A stretch of DNA of 27,335 nt, from positions 1 through 27,335 of IMG/VR virus record IMGVR_UViG_3300005758_000052; one strand, 5' to 3'. The notes beneath the pieces were generated by a model. The model searched no databases. It was not told the origin of the DNA and worked only from the letters and a program-made list of their open reading frames with translations. The position numbers and the translations under genes are program-made. This DNA comes from a virus (Duplodnaviria > Caudoviricetes). This document shows, piece after piece, positions 13,632-21,541 of the stretch. Numbering within the stretch: the stretch's first letter is position 1; each line of letters opens with the position of its first letter.

Positions 13632-15958
13632 CGCTTGCCTGCCAGTGCGGTTGCGTAGGTGACGATAGTCATCTGCTTGTTGCTGTTTGCCCGGTACTTG
13701 AACTCGACGGAGTTGCTTCCGTTGGTCACCAGCGCATACCCGGCTCCCGCGTGGCTGAAGCCGTAGTAGTCAATGCTCGCCGCAAGCTCAGTCATCAGAA
13801 CGCCGTTGATGAAGATGCCCAGGATGATGTCTGTAGCTACAGAATCGGCTGGGTATACAGAAGACACGGAGTTGACAATCAAGCCAACGTACTCGCCCGT
13901 TTGTAGCCCGCTGATCGGGACCGTCATGCTCATGACGGTGTACCAGGACGAGTTGAAAGTCCGGGTATCAACAAATGAGGAGTTATAGATCGGAACGGTG
14001 ACAGCGTTGCCTCCGATCTTCAGAGTGCCAACCTCGGCATTCCCGATCTTGGCGCTTGTGATCTGTGCGTCACCAATCTTTGCCGTCGTAATCGAGCCGT
14101 CAACAATGTTGGCTGTCTGCACCATCGCCGTGCCAACGGAAAGACTGGTGGCCTCGATGTTGCCTCGTGCGGTGATGTTTCTAAACTCCGCCACGCCAGA
14201 CGCATTCAGCGAGAACCCGGAGGATCCGCTGATGTAGTTGCTGGATGAGAGTCCGGCGCCATCAATGTTGATAGCGCCAATGGTTCCAAAGTAGGCGTAG
14301 ATGCCACCACGGATGATGGCGTTGCTGCCGTCGAACTCGAGACTACGCCCGAACAAACCAGTCGATCCATTACCGACGTAGAAGCGATTGGTGCCGAGAT
14401 ACGCTCCTAAATAGAAACCAGGGTCTCCAGGGTTGACGGCGCCAGATCGAACAATCGGGGACCGCAAGTCGATAGCAGCAGTGATCGTCCCTGCGGTGAT
14501 CTTGTCAGCCGACAGATCTGAGATCTTGGAGTTGGTGACCGCAAGGTTCTGAATCGCGGCGTTGCCAACAGCAAGGTTGCCGATCTTGGCCGAGGTGATC
14601 GCTGCATCTGCGATCTGGGCAGAGCCGATTGCGGCGTTGGCTATCAGGGCGTTCGTGATCGCGCCGTTAGCAATTACGCCATCGTTGGCGATGATGGCCC
14701 CGGTAGCGATCTTGCCAGCCGTAACAGCGCCAGCAGCAAGCTCGGACGCGCTGATAGCACCGGCTGCTATCTGTGCGGCGGTGATCGTATCGGCGGCAAT
14801 GTTGCCGCCAGTGATCGTGTTGGCGGCGATCCGGTCGCCAGTGATGGCCCCAGCAGCAATGTTGCTGGCCTGGATGGTCCCGGCCGCGATCTTGGCTGCG
14901 GTGATTGCACCGGCCGCAAGCTTGGGCGTGCTGATCGCATCGTTGCTGATCTGGGTCTCAGTTATCTGACCCGTCAGCTTGGCGGCTGAGAGTCCCGCGA
15001 TCTGTGCGTCGGCGATCGCGCCGGAGATGTCCGCTGCTGGTACGGTTGCAACATAGGCCGTGCCGCTCCAGCGATAGAGTTTGCCGCCAAACACCAGTGC
15101 CTCGGTGCTCTTGGTCGTGGGCAAGCTGCCAGTAGCGATGGAGACTGGCTCGATGCCACTGGCGAACTTGGTCAGAGAGACAGCGCCGGAGGCAATCTTC
15201 CCAGCCGTTACCGCAAGATCAGCTAGCTTGGTGTTGCTGATCAGGAAGTCAGCAATCTTGGTCGGATCACTGATGACGGCCATGTTCGCGTTGGCCAATA
15301 AACCTGTGATCTTGTTACCACCAAGGTCAATCGCGCCGGAGGCAATCTTTTCTGCCGTGATGATCAGGTTCGAAAGATCCTGACCGCCGATGAGGCTGGT
15401 GCTCGCTGCCGTTCCGTTCGTGGCGTTGTACGGCCCGACGACATTTGCCATCGAGACGAAGCGGATCCAGTAGTAGTACGTCCTGCTGGTCCTGCCAACC
15501 GGATCGGAATAAATCGACCCGATGGTCGTCCCGATTAGGACAGCGCTGCCGATCGCGTCGGTGTCCGATCTCCAGACCTCGGTGTAGGCCGGATTGGAGT
15601 AAGAAGCGCCGGTCCACTGAAGGACAACCGTAGAGAAGGTGGTTGTTGCGCTGAGCCCGGTAGGCTGCGGCGGCGTCGTTAGATCTTGCGTCTCGTCGGT
15701 GTTGTCAGGCGCGAATGCTCCGCTGCCAGGGGTACCAATAACGGGTAGCTTTCCTGATCCGCCAACCACGGTTGTTGAGGTGGATCCGTCAGCGGCAAGG
15801 CCTAAAGCCTTCAGGTCACGCAGGCTGACGAACTGATCCAGCGGGTCACCAAGGCGACCTTCGCGGACATCGAGTCCACTCTTGATCGCTTGTAGCGACT
15901 GAATGACGTTGGCGTCAGACGGCGACGGGATCGCCGGGACTTTGGTCTCACGGCTCAT
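13628..15958 (-). CDS. Tail fibre / host-specificity protein (Fn3-like domain plus decapeptide-repeat shaft)
   Basis: 776 aa; PPQPTGLSA...LQW...TEVWRS...YYYWIRFV Fn3-like segment; many I-T-A-x-K-I-A-x-G-A repeats. Confidence 0.8.
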   Translation of the reverse strand: MSRETKVPAIPSPSDANVIQSLQAIKSGLDVREGRLGDPLDQFVSLRDLKALGLAADGSTSTTVVGGSGKLPVIGTPGSGAFAPDNTDETQDLTTPPQPTGLSATTTFSTVVLQWTGASYSNPAYTEVWRSDTDAIGSAVLIGTTIGSIYSDPVGRTSRTYYYWIRFVSMANVVGPYNATNGTAASTSLIGGQDLSNLIITAEKIASGAIDLGGNKITGLLANANMAVISDPTKIADFLISNTKLADLAVTAGKIASGAVSLTKFASGIEPVSIATGSLPTTKSTEALVFGGKLYRWSGTAYVATVPAADISGAIADAQIAGLSAAKLTGQITETQISNDAISTPKLAAGAITAAKIAAGTIQASNIAAGAITGDRIAANTITGGNIAADTITAAQIAAGAISASELAAGAVTAGKIATGAIIANDGVIANGAITNALIANAAIGSAQIADAAITSAKIGNLAVGNAAIQNLAVTNSKISDLSADKITAGTITAAIDLRSPIVRSGAVNPGDPGFYLGAYLGTNRFYVGNGSTGLFGRSLEFDGSNAIIRGGIYAYFGTIGAINIDGAGLSSSNYISGSSGFSLNASGVAEFRNITARGNIEATSLSVGTAMVQTANIVDGSITTAKIGDAQITSAKIGNAEVGTLKIGGNAVTVPIYNSSFVDTRTFNSSWYTVMSMTVPISGLQTGEYVGLIVNSVSSVYPADSVATDIILGIFINGVLMTELAASIDYYGFSHAGAGYALVTNGSNSVEFKYRANSNKQMTIVTYATALAGKR
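14478..14940 (-). repeat. Tandem ~10-aa repeats (AITAAKIAAG-like) in the fibre
   Basis: Run AISTPKLAAG-AITAAKIAAG-TIQASNIAAG-AITGDRIAAN-TITGGNIAAD-TITAAQIAAG... with 30-nt periodicity; shorter runs near 14030-14130 and 15170-15360. Confidence 0.85.
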
Positions 15959-17580
15959 ACTTGCGCCAGCTCAGCGACAGAAGTCGCCATGAAGAACTCG
16001 TTGATTTCGGCAGTGCCTTCGATTTCCACGTACCAGTCCAGGGCCTTAAACCCGGCTGGCAAACGGAAGTGGTCGGCAGATGCAACCGCCTTGGTCAACT
16101 TAAGAGCGCCGTCAGCGTAAACCCTCAGAGTCACCGGGTAGGCAGAGGCCCTAACCTGAGCCACCGAGAAGTTCACCTGCTGCGGCAAGCGGAACACCTT
16201 CGAGCGCCACAGATACGTCAGGGCCGAACCGGCGTCGAAGCGAACGATGTTGCTGCCCTGCACGAGGTACAGCGTGTCGGTTGATGCATCCTGGAAACCA
16301 GCGGTGATCGGCTGGGCTCCGCCGGACCCAAGGTTCGACACGGTCATCAACGCGCCCTGGCCGGTGAAGTCGAAGATCAACAACCCGCGCTGAGAGCCGG
16401 TGTTGTAGAAGCCGTGCCAACGACCGTTGTGCAGGTAGGCTTGGAACGAGTCCGGCTTGTACGCCTGCCACTGGTCCCGAGACAAGGAGGTCTGCGTAAT
16501 GAGCTGCACCCCGCCGCCGCCAATAGACACCAGCCCGTCAGGCGAGGCATACAAGACGCCCTCACCGGTCTCGACAATGGACCTCTTGGAGACGCAAGCC
16601 TGCCGTAGCTCGAGCTTGGTCGTGGACATTGCCGACGGATCCACGCCTTGCAGCACGTACGGGAACGTCTTGGTCAGGGCTACGACCGTCTGCCCAAATG
16701 TCGCCAAACCCACGATGTCGGCGTCAATCGGGTACTCATGCGGCCAAGCATGGGGAAGATACGGCTCGGACATGTAGACGGTGTTGCCAACGAATCCGAC
16801 AGCCACGCCGTTTGCCATCATCCGCAGGCCCTTCAGACCGGCCGGAGGCGGCACCCAATCCTCAGATGCAAGCACCTCCCCCAGCTCCGCCTGGAGCTTT
16901 GAATCGGTGTAGGAAGCATTGGCGATCGGCACCTCAGCCACGAACTGGAACAGTGCGCTCGAGCCAGTCGCGGAGGACCGATAGATCCGCTTGAGGGTCA
17001 AGTTCCGGTTACCGCCAGGATTGCCAGGAAGGCTAATGGTCACCGGCAGTGTGTTGTTGACCGACACCACGTTGGACGCAGGAGACGGAGGGCCCTCCTC
17101 CCCATATGCCGAGACGAATGTAACGACGTAGGTTCTAGACTCGGTATGAACAGCCTGAGTCGGAGCCGTAGATGAAGTGATGACCGGGGCTGTAGCTGAC
17201 GCAGGAACGCCAAGCAGGTACGACGCTCCAGGGTAGCTGGCTCCAGAAACAATCAAGCTGTTTGGGGAGTATTTGGGGGCAACACCATCAGTCCAGTACA
17301 GGCGATCCCACTGGTCGGCAGCAATCGGAGAACGAGCAACATCGACGTCGTCAGCAAACTCCAGCCAATAGTTGGTTTCCGTTGCGCTGGTGCCGTAGCG
17401 GTACAGCGTCTGCGGAGTTGCGGTCGTCGTTGCCTTGAGCGTTGTCGTACCCTTCAGGGGGGCGATAGCGCCAGAGACCAGCTTGACGTTCTGGGCAAGC
17501 TGCGCATCACCCTGATCCAGGAGGATCGGGTTGACGATCGGCTTCATGCCGCTGAAGCCCTTGATTCCGATCAGTGCCAT
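15955..17580 (-). CDS. Putative tail tubular / nozzle (stabilisation) protein
   Basis: 541 aa, beta-rich; RTYVVTFVSAYGEEGPPSPAS, RIYRS, SEPYLPHAWP, GVLYASPDGLV and WRSKVF motifs typical of short-tail phage structural proteins; upstream of the fibre. Confidence 0.6.
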   Translation of the reverse strand: MALIGIKGFSGMKPIVNPILLDQGDAQLAQNVKLVSGAIAPLKGTTTLKATTTATPQTLYRYGTSATETNYWLEFADDVDVARSPIAADQWDRLYWTDGVAPKYSPNSLIVSGASYPGASYLLGVPASATAPVITSSTAPTQAVHTESRTYVVTFVSAYGEEGPPSPASNVVSVNNTLPVTISLPGNPGGNRNLTLKRIYRSSATGSSALFQFVAEVPIANASYTDSKLQAELGEVLASEDWVPPPAGLKGLRMMANGVAVGFVGNTVYMSEPYLPHAWPHEYPIDADIVGLATFGQTVVALTKTFPYVLQGVDPSAMSTTKLELRQACVSKRSIVETGEGVLYASPDGLVSIGGGGVQLITQTSLSRDQWQAYKPDSFQAYLHNGRWHGFYNTGSQRGLLIFDFTGQGALMTVSNLGSGGAQPITAGFQDASTDTLYLVQGSNIVRFDAGSALTYLWRSKVFRLPQQVNFSVAQVRASAYPVTLRVYADGALKLTKAVASADHFRLPAGFKALDWYVEIEGTAEINEFFMATSVAELAQV

Positions 17581-17588
17581 CTGATGCC

Positions 17589-18080
17589 TTACTTAGGTGC
17601 GTGACACACGCTGCCGACAAAGTCTTGCAGTCCGGTCACTTGGTCCCGGAGCTCGTCAGCCGCTCGAGCCACGTCTGTATATCGCCCTGCGCACGCTCCA
17701 AGAAGCTCTCTTGCGGTACGGGCTTGCTCAAAGACGGCGGCAGACCCGGGGTCTGTGGGGACTGGACCGGAATTGAGTTGGAGGATTTGGTCGCGCAGGC
17801 TCCCAGCGACAGACTCAGCAGCAGTAATGCGGCGGTTGAGTACTTCTTGCTTCTTGGCTTGCTCATCAGCAACCCTTTCAACTTGACGACGCATGGCCTG
17901 CTCCTTGGCTCTCGCCTCGGCCTCGGCCTTCTGTGTATTTTCAGCGACCTCAGCCCGGTACTCCGCCAGCTCAGCCTTGGCGCTGTGCATCCGAACGTAG
18001 GAAACTCCAGCCAACAACGCGAAAAAGGCGACCATCGCCGCCCATACCCAACTCGGAACCAGATCCAGTACTTTGAGCAT
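17589..18080 (-). CDS. Rz-like inner-membrane spanin (DUF2514-like)
   Basis: N-terminal TM helix, coiled coil, C-terminal Cys; directly downstream of the endolysin. Confidence 0.85.
   Translation of the reverse strand: MLKVLDLVPSWVWAAMVAFFALLAGVSYVRMHSAKAELAEYRAEVAENTQKAEAEARAKEQAMRRQVERVADEQAKKQEVLNRRITAAESVAGSLRDQILQLNSGPVPTDPGSAAVFEQARTARELLGACAGRYTDVARAADELRDQVTGLQDFVGSVCHAPK
17636..17866 (-). CDS. Rz1-like outer-membrane lipoprotein spanin embedded in Rz
   Basis: Alternative frame inside Rz: MSKPRSKKYSTAALLLLSLSLGA-C lipobox followed by a Pro-rich segment. Start set at the ATG at 17866; the ORF track begins at 17881. Confidence 0.8.
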   Translation of the reverse strand: MSKPRSKKYSTAALLLLSLSLGACATKSSNSIPVQSPQTPGLPPSLSKPVPQESFLERAQGDIQTWLERLTSSGTK

Positions 18081-18784
18081 CAGACCTTCCCCTGGTACTT
18101 CGGCATCCTGGTTAGCAGGACGTCGTGTACGTGGTGCCTGTTGATGTCGCAGGCACTGCGAGTGCCATACAGCGGCTTGGTTGACTTCAGGCAGGTGTGC
18201 TCGACGTGGCCAAACCAGAGGTTCGGGTTGCAGTCGGACTTCATGGCACAGGCACGGCGCTCGTTGAGCAGACCGCCCATCCCGCCGTTGTATGCCGCGT
18301 CAGCCATCGCCAGCCTGGGGGTGTGATCCGGCACCAGCTTGACCAGCCGGTTGTACGACTCACGAGTCATCAGGACGATGACCCGCATCTGCAAGTCAGG
18401 ACGCTGATAGACGTTGTCCCAGCGGAGCTCGTTGAGCCCACGGGGATCCAGGCGGCGACTGTCAGCCAGGGCATCGAACCGGATGCTGCCGTCCTTGTTG
18501 AATGCCCGGGTGAGCTGCCCCAGGCCAGCCCCCTCCTCCCGGTCAGACTTCAGCCGAGAAGTTGGAGCCCAGCACCGGGAGTGTTTGAGACTGATACAGC
18601 TTTCGTGCTCGATCAGGGCCGCGAAGTAGTTCGGCGTGGGCATCGTAGGCCAGACGTCCTTGACCTGGGCGGACAGGGTCGGGAGGTGTTCCTTGGCCCT
18701 TTCTGGGATGAACGTCTCCACCGGCTGCGAACTGGCGCAGCCAAGCCCGAAGGCAAGCAACAGGACGAAGAACGGCCTCAACAC
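18080..18784 (-). CDS. Endolysin, SLT-family lytic transglycosylase with N-terminal signal sequence
   Basis: IEHES (catalytic Glu), GLGQLT and AAYNGG motifs; hydrophobic N-terminus; between the holin-like gene and the spanins. Confidence 0.85.
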   Translation of the reverse strand: MLRPFFVLLLAFGLGCASSQPVETFIPERAKEHLPTLSAQVKDVWPTMPTPNYFAALIEHESCISLKHSRCWAPTSRLKSDREEGAGLGQLTRAFNKDGSIRFDALADSRRLDPRGLNELRWDNVYQRPDLQMRVIVLMTRESYNRLVKLVPDHTPRLAMADAAYNGGMGGLLNERRACAMKSDCNPNLWFGHVEHTCLKSTKPLYGTRSACDINRHHVHDVLLTRMPKYQGKV

Positions 18785-18787
18785 ATC

Positions 18788-19117
18788 TCACCTCTGGACC
18801 TGGGCGAAGAACAGCAGCAAGCCGATCAGAACCAGGGCGCGCAGCAGGCAGATGCCCATGTACGCCACGCCAGCACCGAAGCTGTCGTTGTTGAGGGCCC
18901 TCTCGTACAAGGCTTCACTGGACGCCTTGCCCAGCATTGCCTTGGCAATCAGGTAGGCCAGACCGGTGACAAGCAGGGCTTGGGCCCACAGCTGCACACG
19001 CAGGGCCGTATCGGCACCACCGCTGGGGTCAGTGACCACAAACCAGACCAGAACGATGAAGGGGATCAGTGCGAACTGGAACCAGCGGCTACCGATTACG
19101 GACAAAAACTTTTGCAT
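18788..19117 (-). CDS. Putative holin (3 TM segments)
   Basis: Three hydrophobic helices, immediately upstream of the endolysin. Start moved to the ATG at 19117, which has GGAG upstream. Confidence 0.65.
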   Translation of the reverse strand: MQKFLSVIGSRWFQFALIPFIVLVWFVVTDPSGGADTALRVQLWAQALLVTGLAYLIAKAMLGKASSEALYERALNNDSFGAGVAYMGICLLRALVLIGLLLFFAQVQR

Positions 19118-19118
19118 C

Positions 19119-19592
19119 TCATGCTCCAAGTGCAACTAAAAACAGGACGGCACCAGCGCCGCCCACTGCCAAAGAGGCGTAGAACAGGGTCATTGCGACA
19201 GCGAGGATTGCAGCCGACGAAAGAACAATAGAAAGCTGGAGCGCCATGCCAGCGTAGGAGTACCAGGGCGACTTGTTCTTAGCCGCATCGCGGTCCGCTT
19301 CAGACTGGCGCGCCCTGACCTGGATCTCTTCCATATCGGCCTTGAGGCGAGCGGATTCCTCCTTGGATCCCACCGTATCGTGGATAGTCGCTCGGACATT
19401 CTTCGTGCCATACCAGGTCCACAGGTTGTTGGCCTCGATCGTCTTGTTGAGGATCCGGCCTGAGTTGCTGCTGCCGAACATGCCGTTGATGGCTAGCAAC
19501 AGGGCGAAGATAGAGATCGAGAAGGCGGCAAGACCCTTCACGTACGCTTCCCGCTCAGAACGACTGGCGGTTGGGGGTGGTGCTTTGAACAT
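19119..19592 (-). CDS. DUF4337-like membrane protein
   Basis: TM helix, then ANNLWTWYGTKNVR, a coiled coil and YAGMALQLSIVLSSAAIL plus another TM; recalled DUF4337 pattern. Confidence 0.65.
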   Translation of the reverse strand: MFKAPPPTASRSEREAYVKGLAAFSISIFALLLAINGMFGSSNSGRILNKTIEANNLWTWYGTKNVRATIHDTVGSKEESARLKADMEEIQVRARQSEADRDAAKNKSPWYSYAGMALQLSIVLSSAAILAVAMTLFYASLAVGGAGAVLFLVALGA

Positions 19593-20087
19593 CTACTGCG
19601 CCGCTTTGTCATACAGGAAAACACCTAGCCAGATGACCAGGGCTGCTAGCACGGCGATGCCCGTGCCATACATGACGTTGAGCTTGAACTCCGCCTGCCT
19701 CTTGGCAAGCTCTCGCTCCTTCTTATCGCGCTCCCTCTTCAAGCGGATGCGCTCCATGATCATCTCGTTGTAAACGTTCTCACCGTAGTGGGCGATGATC
19801 AGGATCTTTAGCTCGTACTCCTGCTTAACCAGGGCCTGCTTGTGCATCGTGATCTGGAGAGCCTCCTGCTCCACAGACCCGTCGTGCATCAGCCGCTTGA
19901 ACAGAGGAGGCTTCTTGTTGGCCTTCTCGGTGGCCATTCGGTTGAAGTCACCGAACGCGCCGTACCACTTACCGATCTGACCGGCAACGTCCTGAATCTC
20001 GCGGCCCGTAGCCACGAGCTTCTTCACCGCGCCGAATGCGGCGTTGGCAGCTGATACCGCCGCAAGGATGCCGGTGATGGGCTCCAT
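19593..20087 (-). CDS. Hypothetical membrane protein (coiled coil plus C-terminal TM)
   Basis: Likely start MEPITGILAAVSAA at 20087 (TAATG coupling with the upstream stop); C-terminal hydrophobic helix. Confidence 0.7.
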   Translation of the reverse strand: MEPITGILAAVSAANAAFGAVKKLVATGREIQDVAGQIGKWYGAFGDFNRMATEKANKKPPLFKRLMHDGSVEQEALQITMHKQALVKQEYELKILIIAHYGENVYNEMIMERIRLKRERDKKERELAKRQAEFKLNVMYGTGIAVLAALVIWLGVFLYDKAAQ

Positions 20088-20371
20088 TACTGCTTGAAGA
20101 GGTTGGCCCCGAACTGGACCAGAGTGAACAAGACGGCGGCAACAGCCCAGGCTCCAATGCCACGGTTGATCCAACGCTCGACCTTGTTGTCTACCTTGGC
20201 GATCGTGGACTCATTGGTTGAGATCTTCTGCTCGGCTACGCTAATCCGTTCATTCATGTTGGACTGGCGCTCTTCAACCAACACCAGACGCATTACTGCA
20301 TCGGTGAGCTTGTCCACCTTGTCCTCCAGGCGACGGAAGTCGTTTGCGCTTGGGATCTCCTGCTCGCTCAT
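20087..20371 (-). CDS. Coiled-coil plus C-terminal TM protein, XhlA/holin-like
   Basis: 94 aa; heptad-rich N-terminus and a single C-terminal TM; first gene of the lysis cluster; SD GAGG. Confidence 0.65.
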   Translation of the reverse strand: MSEQEIPSANDFRRLEDKVDKLTDAVMRLVLVEERQSNMNERISVAEQKISTNESTIAKVDNKVERWINRGIGAWAVAAVLFTLVQFGANLFKQ

Positions 20372-20378
20372 TGCTGCC

Positions 20379-20744
20379 TCACTTCAAATTCTTGAGCTTG
20401 TACAAGGTGGAGAGGTAAAACCCAACGATCTCGTCCACCATGTTCTGTAGCGCGGTATCCGTGCGGGGGATAGCCTCGTAGCGGTTGTCCTCAATCCACT
20501 TCATGTGCTTCTCGAGAACCGCGATGACATCGCCGTCATCTGCATCCAGGTAGGGAATGTCTTCAATGATTCCGTTGCGACCCTGATAGGCCTCGGCCAG
20601 AGAGTCAGCCAGATCCACGATCGACTCGTAGAACCCGCTGAGAGCCGTATGCGCGGCGTAGCTACCCGGGCCCGTCACCTTGAGGTGAGCCCGGTGAGCC
20701 ACATCACGCGAGAGGAACAGAAGTGCAATCAGGTCGCCAATCAT
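20379..20744 (-). CDS. Dps/ferritin-like four-helix protein (phage DUF5856-like)
   Basis: AHRAHLKVTGPGSYAAHTALSGFYESIVDLADSLAEAYQG matches the Dps H-x-x-x-x-G...H...D-x-x-A-E signature. Confidence 0.8.
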   Translation of the reverse strand: MIGDLIALLFLSRDVAHRAHLKVTGPGSYAAHTALSGFYESIVDLADSLAEAYQGRNGIIEDIPYLDADDGDVIAVLEKHMKWIEDNRYEAIPRTDTALQNMVDEIVGFYLSTLYKLKNLK

Positions 20745-20759
20745 CTATTTGCTCCACTC

Positions 20760-21083
20760 TTACGCCCAGGGAGGCGCAAGCGATACAACCTGCGGATTGA
20801 CCTGTTGATCAATCACGCCAACAAGAAAGGCTTGGACTTCTCCGAGCTCGTTTCCCATCTGAGCCTCGCACCACGCCTGTACCGTGGCCAGGGTAAGTTG
20901 GTTAAACGGAACAAAGTTATTCACATCCACCGGTCCAGCCTTCGTCTCGCCATAGGCCGTGGCCTGATGACCCGCTCCGTCGTCTGCCGTGATGCGCCAG
21001 TGCATCGACTCAACAACGTCAGTCACGGTCTGGTACGTCGGGAAGACGTCCAGAGAATCGAACTGCCAGACGAAGGTCGTCAC
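20760..21083 (-). CDS. Small tail-associated hypothetical protein
   Basis: VVESMHWR, FVPFNQLTLATVQAW and terminal PPW motifs common in phage fibre clusters. Start moved to the GTG at 21083 (GTGA overlap, GGAG SD). Confidence 0.7.
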   Translation of the reverse strand: MTTFVWQFDSLDVFPTYQTVTDVVESMHWRITADDGAGHQATAYGETKAGPVDVNNFVPFNQLTLATVQAWCEAQMGNELGEVQAFLVGVIDQQVNPQVVSLAPPWA

Positions 21084-21529
21084 AGGGCGGCTCCCGGCTG
21101 GCTGGGCCACTGGACATCAGCCGGGAATCCCGGCTGTCCGGTCACATCTCGCAGGGCTTGGCGATACAAAGCCCACGCGGCCTGATCCACCGGGGCATCA
21201 GCCACCTGCGTCCAGTCGGATGCAGCCAGCTTTGCGTTGCGCTCGGCACGGACCTTGCTGGCCTTCGCGGCGTTTTCGGCGGCGATGTCGTCCTGGGACT
21301 TGGCCTCGACCGTCACGGTGTAGACCGTGCCGCCCTCGATGTAGGGGGTGGTCGCCGTGAGCTTGTGCGTGGTCAGGTCGCACTCCTTGAAGGTCGAGAC
21401 CCTCATGCAACCGTTCTGCGCGAGGAAGTCGTCGTCCGGCCCGCTGTGGGTGAACGACGTGTTGGGGAACATCGAGCGGTAGTCCGCGACCTCGCCGATC
21501 GAGCCGTTGACAATTCGTGCGACAAACAT
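21080..21529 (-). CDS. Tail fibre assembly chaperone
   Basis: VRAERNAKLAASDWTQVADAP...WALYRQALRDV..QPGFP..VQWP signature. Confidence 0.85.
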   Translation of the reverse strand: MFVARIVNGSIGEVADYRSMFPNTSFTHSGPDDDFLAQNGCMRVSTFKECDLTTHKLTATTPYIEGGTVYTVTVEAKSQDDIAAENAAKASKVRAERNAKLAASDWTQVADAPVDQAAWALYRQALRDVTGQPGFPADVQWPSQPGAAL

Positions 21530-21541
21530 AGTGTTAACTCC

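Noticed and set aside
14478-14940. CRISPR-like periodic repeat
   Set aside because: The 30-nt periodicity is degenerate, in frame and explained by a protein decapeptide repeat; there are no spacers or cas genes.
20088-20174. N-terminal extension of the 193-aa ORF (MDQPWHW...)
   Set aside because: It overlaps the upstream gene; the coupled ATG at 20087 is more plausible.
21080-21110. Programmed frameshift fusing the chaperone to the next ORF
   Set aside because: The overlap disappears if the GTG at 21083 (with GGAG SD) is the start; no slippery heptamer is evident.
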